DNA of 64,000 nucleotides, taken from contig NW_027276868.1 in the NCBI RefSeq assembly GCF_030028105.1, positions 186,001 to 250,000 on the forward strand, given 5' to 3'. The notes beneath the pieces were generated by a model. The model was not told the DNA's origin, ran no database searches, and saw nothing but the letters and a program-made list of their open reading frames with translations. The stretch comes from Mobula birostris. Lineage: Eukaryota. Positions 39,226-52,400 of the stretch are shown piece by piece (position 1 is the stretch's first letter; every line of letters starts with the position of its first letter). Position numbers and translations under genes: made by a program.

Positions 39226-39829
39226 CTCTCCCTCTCTCCCCCTCCCTCCCTCCTTCTTGCTGGCTGGTGCAGGAGGAAGGTGTCTGCGTGCAACTGTCTC
39301 TCTCTCCCCCTTGACCACTACTCCTGGAAAAAGGTCCCTGCATCTCCCTCTCCCTCTCACTCGATGCTGCCGGAGATTGGTTCCGGAGTCCTGGGTCTGG
39401 ACAAGGTTACATCAGCATGGATTGGACTCTGCAGTGCTCTTTATGGTGTGTTTCTGGCTGCTGGGCTCTCCTTTTTTGTTGCTATTTTTGTGCGATTTTG
39501 ATCGAGTTGGACTGCCTCTGCGGCCTGAAATTAACAAATGAGACTGCCTGAAGCAGTGCCTTGAGGAGAATGTTGTAAAGACGATGATGACGATGAATCT
39601 TTGATAAAGCAGAATGTCATCAACTCTCCACTGGAGAAAATCCCAGTGAACTCATGAAGGAACATCAGACACGCAGCCTGCCAGCACAGAAGATCACGAG
39701 TGACACAAACTTGGACGCCAGGTGTTTGTCTGTGGATTGTATCGTCAAAAAGAAGCATAGAAATAATAAAGACGAAAGGACTTAGTGGGAGTATTTGGGC
39801 CAGATGTGCTAGGAGGACAGTGATTAAGA

Positions 39830-41164
39830 GATTGGTTTTGTTTGTCACATACATCATAGGATACAGTGAAATGAGTCAGCGAGGACTGTGCTGGACCATT
39901 TGCAAGTGTCACCACACTTCCGAGACCAGTGTAATGTACCCACATCTCTCTAACCCTTACCATCCGTCTTTGGAATGTGGGAGGAGACTGGAACACCCAC
40001 AGGAAACCCACCTGGTCACAGGGAGAACATCCAGACTCCTCACAGACAACGCCGGGAACTGAACCCCAATCTTACAGCCGGGAACTGAACCCCAGTCATA
40101 CAGCCGGGAACTGAACCCCAATCTTACAGCCGGGAACTGAACCCCAGTCATACAGCCGGGAACTGAACCCCAATCTTACAGCCGGGAACTGAACCCCAGT
40201 CATACAGCCGGGAACTGAACCCCAATCTTACAGCCGGGAACGGAACCCCAATCTTACAGCTGGGAACTGAACCCCAATCTTACAGCCGGGAACTGAACCC
40301 CAATCTTACAGCCGGGAACTGAACCCCAATCTTACAGCCGGGAACTGAACCCCAATCTTACAGCCGGGAACGGAACCCCAATCTTACAGCTGGGAACCGA
40401 ACCCCAGTCATATAGCCAGGAACCGAACCCCAGTCTTACAGCTGGGAACTGAACCCCAGTCATACAGCCGGGAACTGAACCCCAATCTTACAGCCGGGAA
40501 CGGAACCCCAATCTTACAGCTGGGAACCGAACCCCAGTCATATAGCCGGGAACCGAACCCCAGTCTTACAGCCGGGAACCGAACCCCAGTCATACAGCCG
40601 GGAACGGAACCCCAGTCTTACAGCCGGGAACTGAACCCCAATCTTACAGCTGGGAACTGAACCCCAATCTTACAGCCGGGAACTGAACCCCAATCTTACA
40701 GCCGGGAACGGAACCCCAATCTTACAGCTGGGAACTGAACCCCAATCTTACAGCTGGGAACCGAACCCCAGTCATACAGCCGGGAACAGAACCCCAATCT
40801 TACAGCCGGGAACTGAACCCCAATCTTACAGCCGGGAACCGAACCCCAATCTTACAACCGGGAACCGAACCCCAGTCATACAGCCGGGAACCGAACCCCA
40901 ATCTTACAACCGGGAACCGAACCCCAGTCATATAGCCAGGAACCGAACCCCAGTCTTACAGCCGGGAACCGAACCCCAGTCATACAGCCGGGATCTGAAC
41001 CCTGTCATACAGCCGGGAACCGAACCCCAGTCTTACAGCCGAGAACTGAACCCCAGTCTTACAGCCGGGAACAGAACCCCAGTCATACAGCCGGGAACCG
41101 AACCCCAGTCATACAGCCGGTGCCATAGAGCGCTGTGCCAAATGCCATGCTAGCGTGCCACCCT
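39830..41164 (-). mobile_element. V-SINE with internally amplified B-box region
   Basis: tRNA-like head at 41116-41164(-); V-domain at about 39960-40050(-) (GGGTTTCCTGTGGGTGTTCCAGTCTCCTCCCACATTCCAAAGACG). Confidence 0.8.
40051..41115. repeat. 26-bp minisatellite, 41 units (one of 25 bp)
   Basis: Unit GCCGGGAACTGAACCCC(AATCTTA/AGTCATA)CA. Confidence 0.97.
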
Positions 41165-42403
41165 TCGGTGTGGACAATCATGTCAAAGGTCACAGGAGGG
41201 TGTGAAATTAATGAACCATGGCCACAATGACATCGACAGTCATGCCTTTACTTGGGATTTGTCCAATACATTGAGACAGGGAAAAGTAATGGGTAAGTAT
41301 ACTGTAGGCCAAGATATGCAAAAGAACTTAGAGAGGATTTTAATAATTTTCCTAGAAAGAAAGTGAACTTTTTGGGGGGAAATTCCTACTGGCAGATTTG
41401 AAAGGTGTAGACTGTTACTGGAGGGGAGGTACAACTTTATGCTGGTTAGTGGGGTGACTGGCCGGGGAAGGCGAGTGATCCAAATTTCACTGAAAATGTT
41501 GAAACCAGAGAGTATGTGATGGTTTTCATGAGTGACATAAGCTTAGAAGGAATAAGGGAGCAGAATGAGATGAAAAGTCAAAAGATTTAAGTCTAGTTTA
41601 TCATAATGGAGTGGCTGGAGAGAACAATTCTTCATAGGGAGAGGACATCATGAAAAGTAGTAGCAGGGGCTGAATAATGGTGTCTACTGATCTTCTTTTG
41701 CAACGCACCATTACCTCCTCCGTTCACCTCGGGAGACTTCTGCAATGGATTAGTGTCTGGTTCACTCCCATTCAGAATGAACACCGCTCATGCTCACAGA
41801 CCACTGCGTGAGCAAACTGGGAACAGTTATTATCTTAAACCATCCGGTTCTTCTAGGTGAAAAAGACGGCACTTGGCAGGAACTGCAGTCGAACCTCAAT
41901 AAGAGTGCAAGTAAGCCACCATTTATTCTAACCGCCTCAGGGCCCGCTCGTTTATCATCCTCACAGTGAACCCTGAAGAAGACAGCTGTTTTTGTGCATG
42001 TGGTACACATATAACTGATGGAAACACGTACCGAAGGTTACCTAACTGCTTCCATTTACAAAACAAGCTGCACTTTTTCCTCATCCCTGTGTCCCACGAC
42101 CACTCACACTTTCCTTTCTTAACGCTGTACTTTGGCACGTCTGTGTGGTTTACCCCAGGTATGTTTCCTGCTTGTGTTGGATGTATATTAGTAGGGTGTC
42201 CACAGGGCTCAGCCACAAGCCTCCTCAGTGGGGCTGGTAGCAACTTAGCTGCATATTTGGAGGCTGTGAGACCAATTCTCAGTTGGAGTGTTAAGTTGCA
42301 TTTTCTCCCGCAGTTACCATTTTTTTCTCTGCTAGTTCTTTCATCCCAGAATGAGCTGCAGCCAAAACAATGTCATCAGTAGACAAACCAGAGCGCAAGA
42401 ATA

Positions 42404-42439
42404 TAGCGCCATCTGGTGGTGTGAGTGATGATTGCAATT
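42404..42439 (-). promoter_or_regulatory. Candidate CTCF binding site
   Basis: - strand ACACCACCAGATGGCGCTA versus consensus TGGCCACCAGGGGGCGCTA, with an upstream TTGCAAT module. Confidence 0.6.
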
Positions 42440-42689
42440 TACAGAAATACTGGAGAATTGCTGAACGAGAAAGTACAGAGGTCCCATCATCTCTATTTAC
42501 TGAAGACCTATACAGGAGATAAGGACAATCTCCAGAGGCAGGAGGTTTTGAAATTACAATGGCACATTTTATTCTTTTGAAACATGATCAATCTTCCCGC
42601 ATTCACAAAAAAAGACTGCATTTTGTAAGATAAAAAGATTAGCTTGATTTGTCACATGGACATCGAAACATACAGTGAAATGGATCTCT

Positions 42690-44042
42690 TGGGTTTCTGT
42701 CCTGTGCAATGTCTCAACCAGTCACCCTCAACCCATCATGCCTGAAAACTGGAGGCGGACTGCTTTTGACTCAAAACATGGCCTCTCGCATCCAGGCCAG
42801 AAGGCCTCCAGACACTGGTTGTACTAAAGTTTGTTTGGCACGGCCTCGGTGGAATCCCGGTGGGCAAAAATTAACCGTCATATTCATGCACCATTGGCGA
42901 TCCCTAAGTGACAGTTTGGCTAGGTCAATGTCGACCTTGTTGGTCCTCTCACCCCTTCCATAGTTTCATGCACCTCCTTACCATGGACCGTACCACCAGA
43001 TGGCCAGAGATCGTTCCCTGTAGCTTCGGCGACAGCCACAGACATGGCTCAGGCGTTCATCAGCACCTGGGTTCCCGGTTTGGCACCCTATCTGATATTT
43101 CCTCTGACTGTGGTCTCCATTTCATATCAGATCTCTGGGCTGTTATGGCCCAGATCCTCGGTGTTAGGCCACATCACAATGGGTTGGGTTTTCACTTTAA
43201 GAGGCTGATCTGATGTGATGAGTGTTGGTATGGTCGGCTCCCATGGGTCCTGCTGGGGCTCAGAACTTCTCCAAAGGAGGACCTACAGTCATCCGCAGCT
43301 GAGGCAGCCATTACGAGTGCCAGGTAATTTCACTGCTGATGCCATGACTGCCTGATCAGCCTCTCAACAACATTCCACCCTCCTCAGTAAATTCAATTCC
43401 TTTCCCCCTGCTGCTCCCCCCCCCAGCATGGCATACAGCACCCTTGGGTTCCTGTTGACGTACATTCCACCTCGTTTGTTTTCGTCACCATGATGCACAT
43501 TAACATCCCCTTAACCCCCCTTACGATGGCCTGTTCGGCGTTCTGGAACAGGGAGAAAAGACTTTTATCATAGATAAGAGGAGTAAACCTGAACGTGTTT
43601 CAGAAGATCGCCTTAAACCGGCCCATCAGGATTTGGAGGATTCCGCTGCCATGCCTCTGGCATCACAACCTGACCATGAGCTGTCAGCTCACCCCTGAAC
43701 GAGCTCGAGGCACCTGCTGCTCCTCCACCCCTGGAACACAGGACCCGAGCTGGGTGGCTGGTCCGAGCTCCAGGCAGGCTCGCAACGCCGGTTTTTGTGA
43801 ATCCTGGGAGGGGCTGTGTAGGGTAACGTGATGAGGAGAAATGTAGATAATTCACAACCTCTGACGTTGAGTTGGGGTTTCGCTTTACGAGGCTGGTTCG
43901 ACATGATGACATTATTATGTTAGAAGTTTTTTGCGTACTTTTGTGTAGCTTTTGGAGTTCAATAAAATGTATTATGGGTTTCGTTAAACATAAAAGGCCT
44001 GACGTCGTTTTAGTTGCGGAAACCTACACACTAACCGCTACA
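42690..44042 (+). mobile_element. Gypsy 3' remnant: degenerate integrase, PPT and 3' LTR
   Basis: MDRTTRWPE, ISSDCG and PYDG...EDRLKPAH integrase-like peptides; PPT GGGAGGGG at 43806-43813; LTR 43817-44042 with TGTAG...CTACA ends and AATAAA. Confidence 0.85.
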
Positions 44043-45661
44043 ATACTGTGCTGCTGATCTATTGAGTCTGCCCCCCTCACAGAATTACCTTTCTCTCCCC
44101 AACACCGGGGCCATAAGCAACACCATACAGCTTAACACTGATGACTGAATGGGCCTCAAATGTGACCGGGGTCCAGGCCTCATGATCCAGCTGAGGGCAG
44201 GCAGAACAACTGCCTTTGTTGTCATCATACCATTGTCAATTGATATTGACAGTCACCTAAATTCCTAACAAGTAATGCATGTTATAAACACAACACTGGA
44301 GTTATTTGAGGTGCACAGCATTCTTGTTTGACTGATCTGTTTGTAACAAAATATGAAACTGCTCAAGGTTCCCAGTGGATCAGGCAGCGTTTGTGGAGGC
44401 CAGTGTTTGGTTTACATCCTCTGCCTGGCCTGCTGAATTCCTCCAGCACCTTGTTTTTTTCCCTCAGATCCCAACATCTGCAGTTTCCTGTTGTCTTTTT
44501 GTAACTTTGATGTTAACAGTGAGGTTGTGTTGCAGACAGCAAGACCTACCAGCTCACATGTATTTTTTGCATTCATTTTCCAATTTAAATTGTTGGTTAT
44601 TTGCTAATAAGCTGGAAATGGTGCCCGTTGTTGTTGTCGCGATATAAGAGCCATTGGTCAATATCCATGTCATAATTGAATAGAGTAAGACTTATGATAC
44701 CGAGCCATAGCTGCCGGAAGATTGTGCTGGAGTCCTGGGTCTTGGGCTAGTTTAATTGACGGGGTTTGTGGATTGGACTCGTAGAATGTGTTATGATATG
44801 TTTCTGGTTTCTGTTCGCTCCTTTTTTGGCTGATTTTAATCGGGGCAGCATGCAGATGACGAACGATACAGAGCTAGATGGAAATGAACTGAGTATGCCT
44901 TTGTGTTTCTCACCGTTTTTTTTTGCCATTTGTGCGTTTTGTTTTTTTTATGTTGTAAAATTTGGGAGGTGGACAAGGTTTTGATGTTTTCTTTGAACGG
45001 GTTCCATGGTTTTGTTTTTTTTTTCATGGCTGTCTGTGGGAAGACAAATCTCAGGGTTGTGTACTGCATATATACTTCGATAATAAATGTACTTTGAATC
45101 TTTGAATTTGAACATCATATGTGATTGATAGTGATTCAAAGACTAGAATCTGAATGTGTCACTTTTTGAAGATGAACCAGACTTTGCTGTCTTCGATGTT
45201 CCAGTGGTGCCAAACGTTGGAGTACAACGTACCGTTAAACCTGGGACTATCCTCGCATTTAACTTGCAGTGCCAGCTGTTTGAATGACATCATACATGGC
45301 TCAAAAACAGTCACCTATAAAAAGTTCACACAGTCACACCTTAAAGGTCTGCATCCTGATAGCCATTGCCCAACATCTGTATCTTATGACTGGAGTATTA
45401 GGTGTCATAATCAGTATTCTGATCTAGATCTTCCTATAATTGTATCAATGTTTTTATTTAAGAGGGTACATGGGGCTTGGAAAAATAGAGGGCTATGCGG
45501 TAGGGAAATTCTGTGCAGTTTCTAGAGTAGGTTACATGGTCAGCACAACATTGTGAGCTGAAGGGCCTGTAGTTTCTGTGTAAAATTTCTTATGTTCTAT
45601 GTTTAATATCCCTCATAATGTTCTTACACACACCTTTATAACGAGATTATTTGTATTCCAG

Positions 45662-45706
45662 GGTGACCGTGGAAACGATGGGGAAATGGGCCTTATGGGA
45701 CCGAGG
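45662..45706 (+). CDS. COL25A1: COL25A1 exon, GDRGNDGEMGLMGPR (45 nt)
   Basis: ttccag|GGT...AGG|gtaatt; human GDRGEKGDSGAQGPR. Confidence 0.93.
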
Positions 45707-45804
45707 GTAATTTCTTTTGTATTTTCCCAATTTCCTCTGCTCAATTGCTGTAAATGTATCATTTGCAAATCGGAATTCACTGAGTTTAATGATGCCCCCT
45801 TTAG

Positions 45805-45882
45805 GGTCCACCTGGGCAGAAAGGTGAACAAGGGGTAACCGAGATCATTGACTACAACGGTAACATTCATCAAGCTCTACAG
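45805..45882 (+). CDS. COL25A1: COL25A1 exon, GPPGQKGEQGVTEIIDYNGNIHQALQ (78 nt; COL2/NC3 junction)
   Basis: ctttag|GGT...CAG|gtgagt; the EIIDYNGN motif is diagnostic of MACIT collagens and closest to COL25A1 (ATEIIDYNGNLHEALQ). Confidence 0.96.
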
Positions 45883-47573
45883 GTGAGTGAGACTACAGAA
45901 AAGTATCTAGCCCAGGCACATTTCCAAAAAGCTCTCCATCCTCACCCCTACAGGGTACTATGCCCTTAAAAATCACCCAAAACAAGCAAGAAGCTCTATG
46001 TCATCCAACCAGGATTTCTGAGAGACCTCGGCAAAGAGATTTGACCCACACGTGAACTGGTAGCTGTTGAGCCGTCTTCCCCTGCAGAAGCTCCCCAGCC
46101 AGCTGGTTGAGAAGATTGGCAGTAGAGAGAGGCGTGGGGTGGTGGGTCTTGTTTGGAAGAGGGATCCAGACAAGAATGAAGTGATGTTGCTTTTTGAGAA
46201 GATTGGTGAAGGAGAGGTCAAAGGTTGAAGCTGTTGAGCTACTTGGCTGGATTGGTGAAGACTGGTATCAATAAGAGCTCGTTAATTTGGACAAACAGCT
46301 GATCAAAGTATGGAGAAGAACTGTGGATCAGTCAGACATCAGCAGCAATACAGGAGCAAGCACCAAGATAGAGAGATAGGCACTTCCTATTGGGCACTTT
46401 GGATTCCCTGGCAGCCAACCTCGTGACATTATGGGCCAGTTAGCTGAAGCAAGGCCCAGCCCTGAAGCAGGTTAAGACCTGCTTTTGTGTCCGATGCCTG
46501 TGTCATTTGCATCCTGGGCACAGAAGGGATTTGTGTAAGTACTTTAAAAGATGAGTTATACACAGTTCTCAGAATATACCTCTGAAACACAAAGTATACA
46601 TTTAGCAATTGTGTTTTGATAAATTTGATCTTGTTTTGCTCAAGGAACATTATGCCGAATTTCAGAATACGGCAGCACAACACAGTAACAGTAACAGATC
46701 CTTTGGCCACCAATGTTTACACCAAACCCGATCGATGCCAAATTACGCTGACTCTCTTCTGCCTGTGCATGATCATCCCTATGTATTCATATCTAATAAC
46801 AGTCCCTTAAATGCATCAATAGTCCCCGCTCTCACCTCTCCCTCCAGCCTGCTGTAGCAGTCGGTTTTCATTCTCCTTGTAAAAAAAAATCTGCCTCGCA
46901 CTTCTTTAACCTTTTACCCTCTCGCCCGAAATGCATGTCCTTTAGAAAGCAACACCTCTACCCTAGGGGGAAAAAAATCACACTCTCCACCCTATCTGTG
47001 CCTCTCCTAATCTTATAAAGTTCTATCATGTCGCCCTCTTGGTCTCTGATGCTTCAGGGTTGTGTGTTCTGGGGAAGCATAGTTCAGACTCTCTGTTCCA
47101 GTGTTTAGTCTACAATTTAACTGTCAGGCTGAGGGATTTCAGTGCAAGGGAGATGAACATGATCTCATCCTGGGCATTCAATGACAGCACCTGCTAGATC
47201 AGGCAACATGCGATAAGCCCAGTTATACTGCTTTAATAATATTAGCTAGAAATTAGATTATGGAGCCATGCATTTTTGTGCTCAGCTCAACCAATGCCTA
47301 GGTAAAGAAAACAGAATGAAATTTGGGGGCTTACAACATGTTTCGGGGTGTCTGATTTTTATTATAGTTTTCACCTTGCGTCTACTACAGAGGAAATTGG
47401 CCGTATTCTACGACATCCAAAGAACTTGGGAATGTTATTTCTGGGGCTTTAGTTTCAGATTGGAGTGGTTCACAAGGTCCAGAAGCCACATTCCCAAAGT
47501 AGACTTCCTGACTACCTGAGTAGCCTGCATTTGTGAGTACTTAGGGGCCTCAGTGAGTTGGTCTCAGCCCAGC

Positions 47574-50500
47574 GTTCTGGCAGGCAGGTTTGCCTCTGCA
47601 ACGCAGGTGTGTTTAAGCTAAGTAGTTGGGGGGAGGGGACAAACTGGAAACATAAGGATGGAGATAAAGGGAAAGTGAGAATAAGAAAAGTTAAGAATGA
47701 CAGCAGAATCAACGGAGCAGAAAGCTCAAGAAGGGATCGTACAGTATGGCCAAGTGAAATACAAAATTGATATGGGAGGTGAGGGGAGTAATGAATTAAA
47801 AGTATTGTATATGAATGCACGGAGTATCAGAAATAAAGTGGATCAGCTTGAGGCACAGCTGGAAATTGGTAAGTATGATGTTGTGGGAATAACAGAGACA
47901 TGGCTTCAAGTGGACAGGGCCTGGGAAATGAATATTCAAGGGTATACGTCCTATCGAAAGGACAGACTGATGGGCAGAGGGGGTGGGGTGGCTCTGTTGG
48001 TGAGGAATGATATTCAGTCCCTTGCGAGGGGGGACATAGAATCAGGAGACGTAGAGTCAGTATGGATAGAACTGAGAAATTCTAAGGGGAGAAAGACCCT
48101 GATGGGAGTTATCTACAGGCCCCCAAACAGTAGTCTGAATGTAGGGTATAAGTTGCATCAAGAGTTAAAATTTGCATGTCGCAAAGGTAATGCTACAGTT
48201 GTTATGGGGGATTTCAACATGCAGGTAGACTGGAGGAATCAAGTTGGTACTGGACCCCAAAAAAGGGAGACTGTGGAGTCCCTCCGAGATGGATTCTTAG
48301 AACAGCTTGTACTGGAGCCTACCAGAGTGAAGGCAATTCTAGATTAAGTGTTGTGCAATGAACCGGATTTGATCAGAGACCTCAAGGTAAAGGAGCCATT
48401 AGGAGGTAGTGACCATAATCTGATAAGTTTTAATCTACAAATTGAGAGGGAGAAGGGAAAATCAGAAGTGTCAGTACCACAATTGAACAAAGGGAACTAT
48501 GGAGCTATGAGGGAGGAGCTGGCCAAAGTTCAATGGAACAATACCCTAGCAGGGATGACAGTGGAACAACAATGGCAAGTGTTTCTGGGAATAATGCAGA
48601 TGGTGCAGGATCAGTTCATTCCAAAGAGGAAGAAAGATCCTAAGGGGAGTAGGGGGAGGCCGTGGCTGACAAGGGAAGTAATGGACAGCATAAAGATAAA
48701 AGAGAAGATGTATAACATAGCAAAGATGAGATGGGAAGCCGGAGGATTGGAAAACTTTTAAAGAGCAACAGAAGATAACTAAAAAGGTAATACGCGGAGA
48801 AAAAATGAGGTACCAAGGTAAACTAGCCAAGAATATGAAGGAGGACAGTAAAAGCTTCTTTAGGTATGTGAAAAGGAAAAAAATAGTTAAGACCAAAATT
48901 GGGCCCTTGAAGACAGAAACGGGTGAATTTATTATGGGGAACAAGGAAATGGCAGACGAGTTGAACAGGTACTTTGGATCCGTCTTCACTAGGGAAGATA
49001 CAATCTCCCAGGTATAATAGTGGCCAAAGGACCTAGGGTAATGGATGAACTGAAGGAAATTTATATTAGGCAGGAAATGGTGTTGGATAGACTGTTGGGT
49101 CTGAAGGCTGATAAGTCCCCGGGACCTGATGGTCTGCATCTCAGGGTACTTAAGGAGGTGGCTTTAGGAATCGTGGACACATTGGTAATCATTTTCCAAT
49201 GTTCTATAGGTTCAGGATCAGTTCCTGTGGATTGGAGGGTGGCTAATGTTGTCCCACTTTTCAAGAAAGGAGGGAGAGAGAAAATGGAATTATAGACTGG
49301 TTAGCCTGACGTTGGTGGTGGGAAAGATGCTAGAGTCAATTATAAAAGATGAAATTACGACACATTTGGATGGCAGTAACAGGACAGGTCTGAGTCAGCA
49401 TGGGTTTATGAAGGGGAAATCATGCTTGACTAATCTTCTGGAATTTTTTAAGGATGTAACTATGAAAATGGACAAGGGAGAGCCAGTGGATGTAGTGTAC
49501 CTGGACTTTCAGAAAGCCTTTGATAAAGTCCCACATAGGAGATTAGTGGGCAAAATTAGGGCACATGGTATTGGGGGCAGAGTACTGACATGGACTGAAA
49601 ATTGGCTGGCTGACAGGAAACAAAGAGTAGCGATTAACGGGTCCCTTTCGGAATGGCAGGCGATAACTAGTGGGGTACCACAGGGTTCAGTGCTGGGACC
49701 GCAGCTGTTTACAATATACATTAATGATTTAGATGAAGGGATTAAAAGTAACATTAGCAAATTTGCAGATGACACAAAGCTGGGTGGCAGTGTAAAATGT
49801 GAGGAGGATGTTATGAGAATGCAGGGTGACTTGGACAGGCTGGGTGAGTGGGCGGATGCATGGCAGATGCAGTTTAATATGGATAAATGTGAGGTTATCC
49901 ACTTTGGTGGTAAGAACAGGAAGGCAGATTATTATCTAAATGGAATCAAGTTAGGAAAAGGGGAAGTACAACGAGATCTAGGTGTTCTTGTACATCAGTC
50001 ACTGAAAGCAAGCATGCAAGTACAGCAGGCAATGAAGAAAGCTAATGGCATGCTGGCCTTCATAACAAGGAAAATTGAGAAAAAAAAGAGCAAAGAGGTC
50101 CTTCTGCAGCTGTACAGGGCCCTGGTGAGACCACACCTGGAGTATTGTGTGCAGTTTTGGTCTCCAAATTTGAGGAAGGACATTCTTGCTATTGTGAGAG
50201 TGCAGCGTAGGTTCACAAGGTTAATTCCCAGGATGGCGGGACTGTCATATGTTGAAAGATTGGAACGACTGAGCTTGTATACACTGGAATTTAGAAGGAT
50301 GAGAGGGGATCTGATTGAAACATATAAGATTATTAAGGGATTGGACACGCTGGAGGCAGGAAGCATGTTCCCTCTGATGGGTGAATCCACAACCAGAGGC
50401 CACAGTTTAAGAATAAGGGGTAGGCCATTTAGAATGGAGCTGAGGAAAAACTTTTTCACCCAGAGAGTGGTGGATGTATGGAACGCTCTGCCCCAGAAGG

Positions 50501-50697
50501 CAGTGGAGGCCAAGTCTCTGGATGTTTTCAAGAAAGAGATGGATAGAGCTCTTAAAGATAGTGGAATCAAAGGTTATGGGGATAAGGCAGGAACTGGGTA
50601 CTGATTATGGATGATCAGTCATGATCACAGTGAATGGCGGAGCTGGCTCAAAGGGCCAAATGGCCTACTCCTGCACCTATTGTCTATTGTCTATTGT
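47574..50697 (+). mobile_element. CR1 LINE with end of ORF1 and full-length but disrupted ORF2 (APE endonuclease and RT)
   Basis: YMNARS, GITETWL, GDFN and SDH endonuclease motifs; 452-aa RT ORF with FADD; (CTATTGT)3 tail; possible TSD CAGC at 47570-47573 and 50698-50701. Confidence 0.95.
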
Positions 50698-52044
50698 CAG
50701 CACTGGGGACCCAAATCAGGAAGGCCACTTTAAGTTACAGCTATACCAGTTTTCCAGAGGTTGCCCCATGATGTCGATTCCAAGCTACTACTCCCAACCA
50801 GCCATCTATTATTCCACTTCCCTTAAAGAAATCATCAATATCAACTGATCAGACCCCCTCCATACCTACCCATCCCCAACCCCCTCTGGTTTCTTTTGCA
50901 GCCACGCAGTATTCAGAGTTAATTCCTTCAGCAGTGCTTGTTCTATTGGTCCCAGGGGTTATTCACTGTTGTAGCAGCAGGCCTGTGATTAAGCCTGTCG
51001 TTAGTGTGTCACCCCACAACCAATCAAGATGCTTCTGCCAGGTCAAGGGACTTCGAGGAATTTTCCTTTCAACCACAATCTAAGCAGTACTCCCTCCTGC
51101 ATCAGTGTGACATTTTCGCTCCCCACGCCTGCAGTCTTCACAAAGTCTTTGATGAGTTATCGGTTTTAACCCAATTGGCAAGAAATTATAGGCTGTTTTA
51201 TGCTGTTGGTCCACATCTGATACAAACTGATGAATCAATGGGATTGCTCCTCTTACAGAGGTGACTGATTGTCAGGTTTTACCAGTTAACACTGTCGTCT
51301 GCACAACACTCCGACTCTCACTCCCAACCAGGACAAACGATGGCCAAAGCTGCACATCACTCTGAACTGGCGTTCTGAAGCAGGCGCCACTCGCGACAGT
51401 GATGAGGGGTTGAACATCAACCCTCCCATCTCATTCTGGCACTTCTGTTTGTTTCTTTGCTCTCAGACATTTCTTTTTTTCTCAATGTCTCTAAAGCATT
51501 TATTAGATAAATTATCTTTAGAGGCAAACTGAACTCAGAGCATAAATATTAGATTGGGATCATGAAACTATGGTGTTCAACTTCTTTATTCACGTCATTA
51601 TATGGAGCAGATCTTCTATATTGGTCTGTTTTACTCTCCATATAATCACATTTAATGAAGAAGAGTTGTGTGTGATCACAGACTTTACTTTGTTTTCCAT
51701 TGACCTTGAACCCTAGCCATAGATATTGGCACCAAATATGCTATTAAGGCAATTTAGTCCTTTATAGATTGCCTAGAACATTGAAAGATTATCAAAGCCT
51801 CATATTAACCAAACAATATTTTACAGTGAAGTTATTACAGACATTCCTAAGGCATTTAAAGGCGTTACAATGTGTTTTCACGTGTAGGTATTGTGACAAG
51901 GTTAAAGCCCTCTGTCTATCTGTGTGGGCTACTCCATCATAATGAGAGTTTAGCCCGCAGTGTATAGGTATAGTTTATCCTCAGTAATGATGTTCAATGG
52001 TAAAATTCAAGATTGTGGTGAAGTATTGAACAAAAAATTGTAAT

Positions 52045-52400
52045 CACAAATTCGAGAAAGTCTGCAGATGGTGGAATTTCAAAGCAACTCACGCAAAGTG
52101 CTGGAGGAACTCAGTCGGCCAGGCGGCATCTATGGAAAAGAATAAACAGTCAATATTTCAGGCCGAGACCCTTCTTCAGGACTGAGAGGGAAGGGGGAAG
52201 ATGCCAGAATAAAAGGGTGGAGGCAGGAGGAGGAGGATAGCTAGAAGGTGATAGGTGAAGCCAGGTGGGTGGGAAAGGTCAAGAACTGAAGAATATTTTA
52301 GGAGAGAATAGTAGACCGTAGGAGAAAGGAAAGGAGGAAGGGACCTGGGGGAAGAAATACGCATGTGAGAAAAAGTAAAATGTCAGAGTGGGGTTGAAAT
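52045..52400 (-). repeat. Penelope-type terminal-repeat fragment
   Basis: Same family as 85-210 and 2200-2398; contains the hammerhead motif at 52147-52184. Confidence 0.7.
52147..52184 (-). ncRNA. Minimal type I hammerhead ribozyme motif
   Basis: CAGTC CTGAAGA AGG GTCTCGG CCT GAA ATAT T GACTG: perfect stem I, CUGANGA core, stem II, GAAA, palindromic stem III, NUH triplet AUU. Confidence 0.6.

Noticed and set aside
38875-39541. RE-repeat and LS-repeat ORFs
   Set aside because: Translations of a (CT)n microsatellite and flanking repeat
40051-41115. CRISPR-like array
   Set aside because: Units are contiguous with no unique spacers, there are no cas genes, the context is a vertebrate intron, and the unit derives from a SINE
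49995-50570. 191-aa and other antisense ORFs over LINEs
   Set aside because: Shadow frames opposite CR1 ORF2
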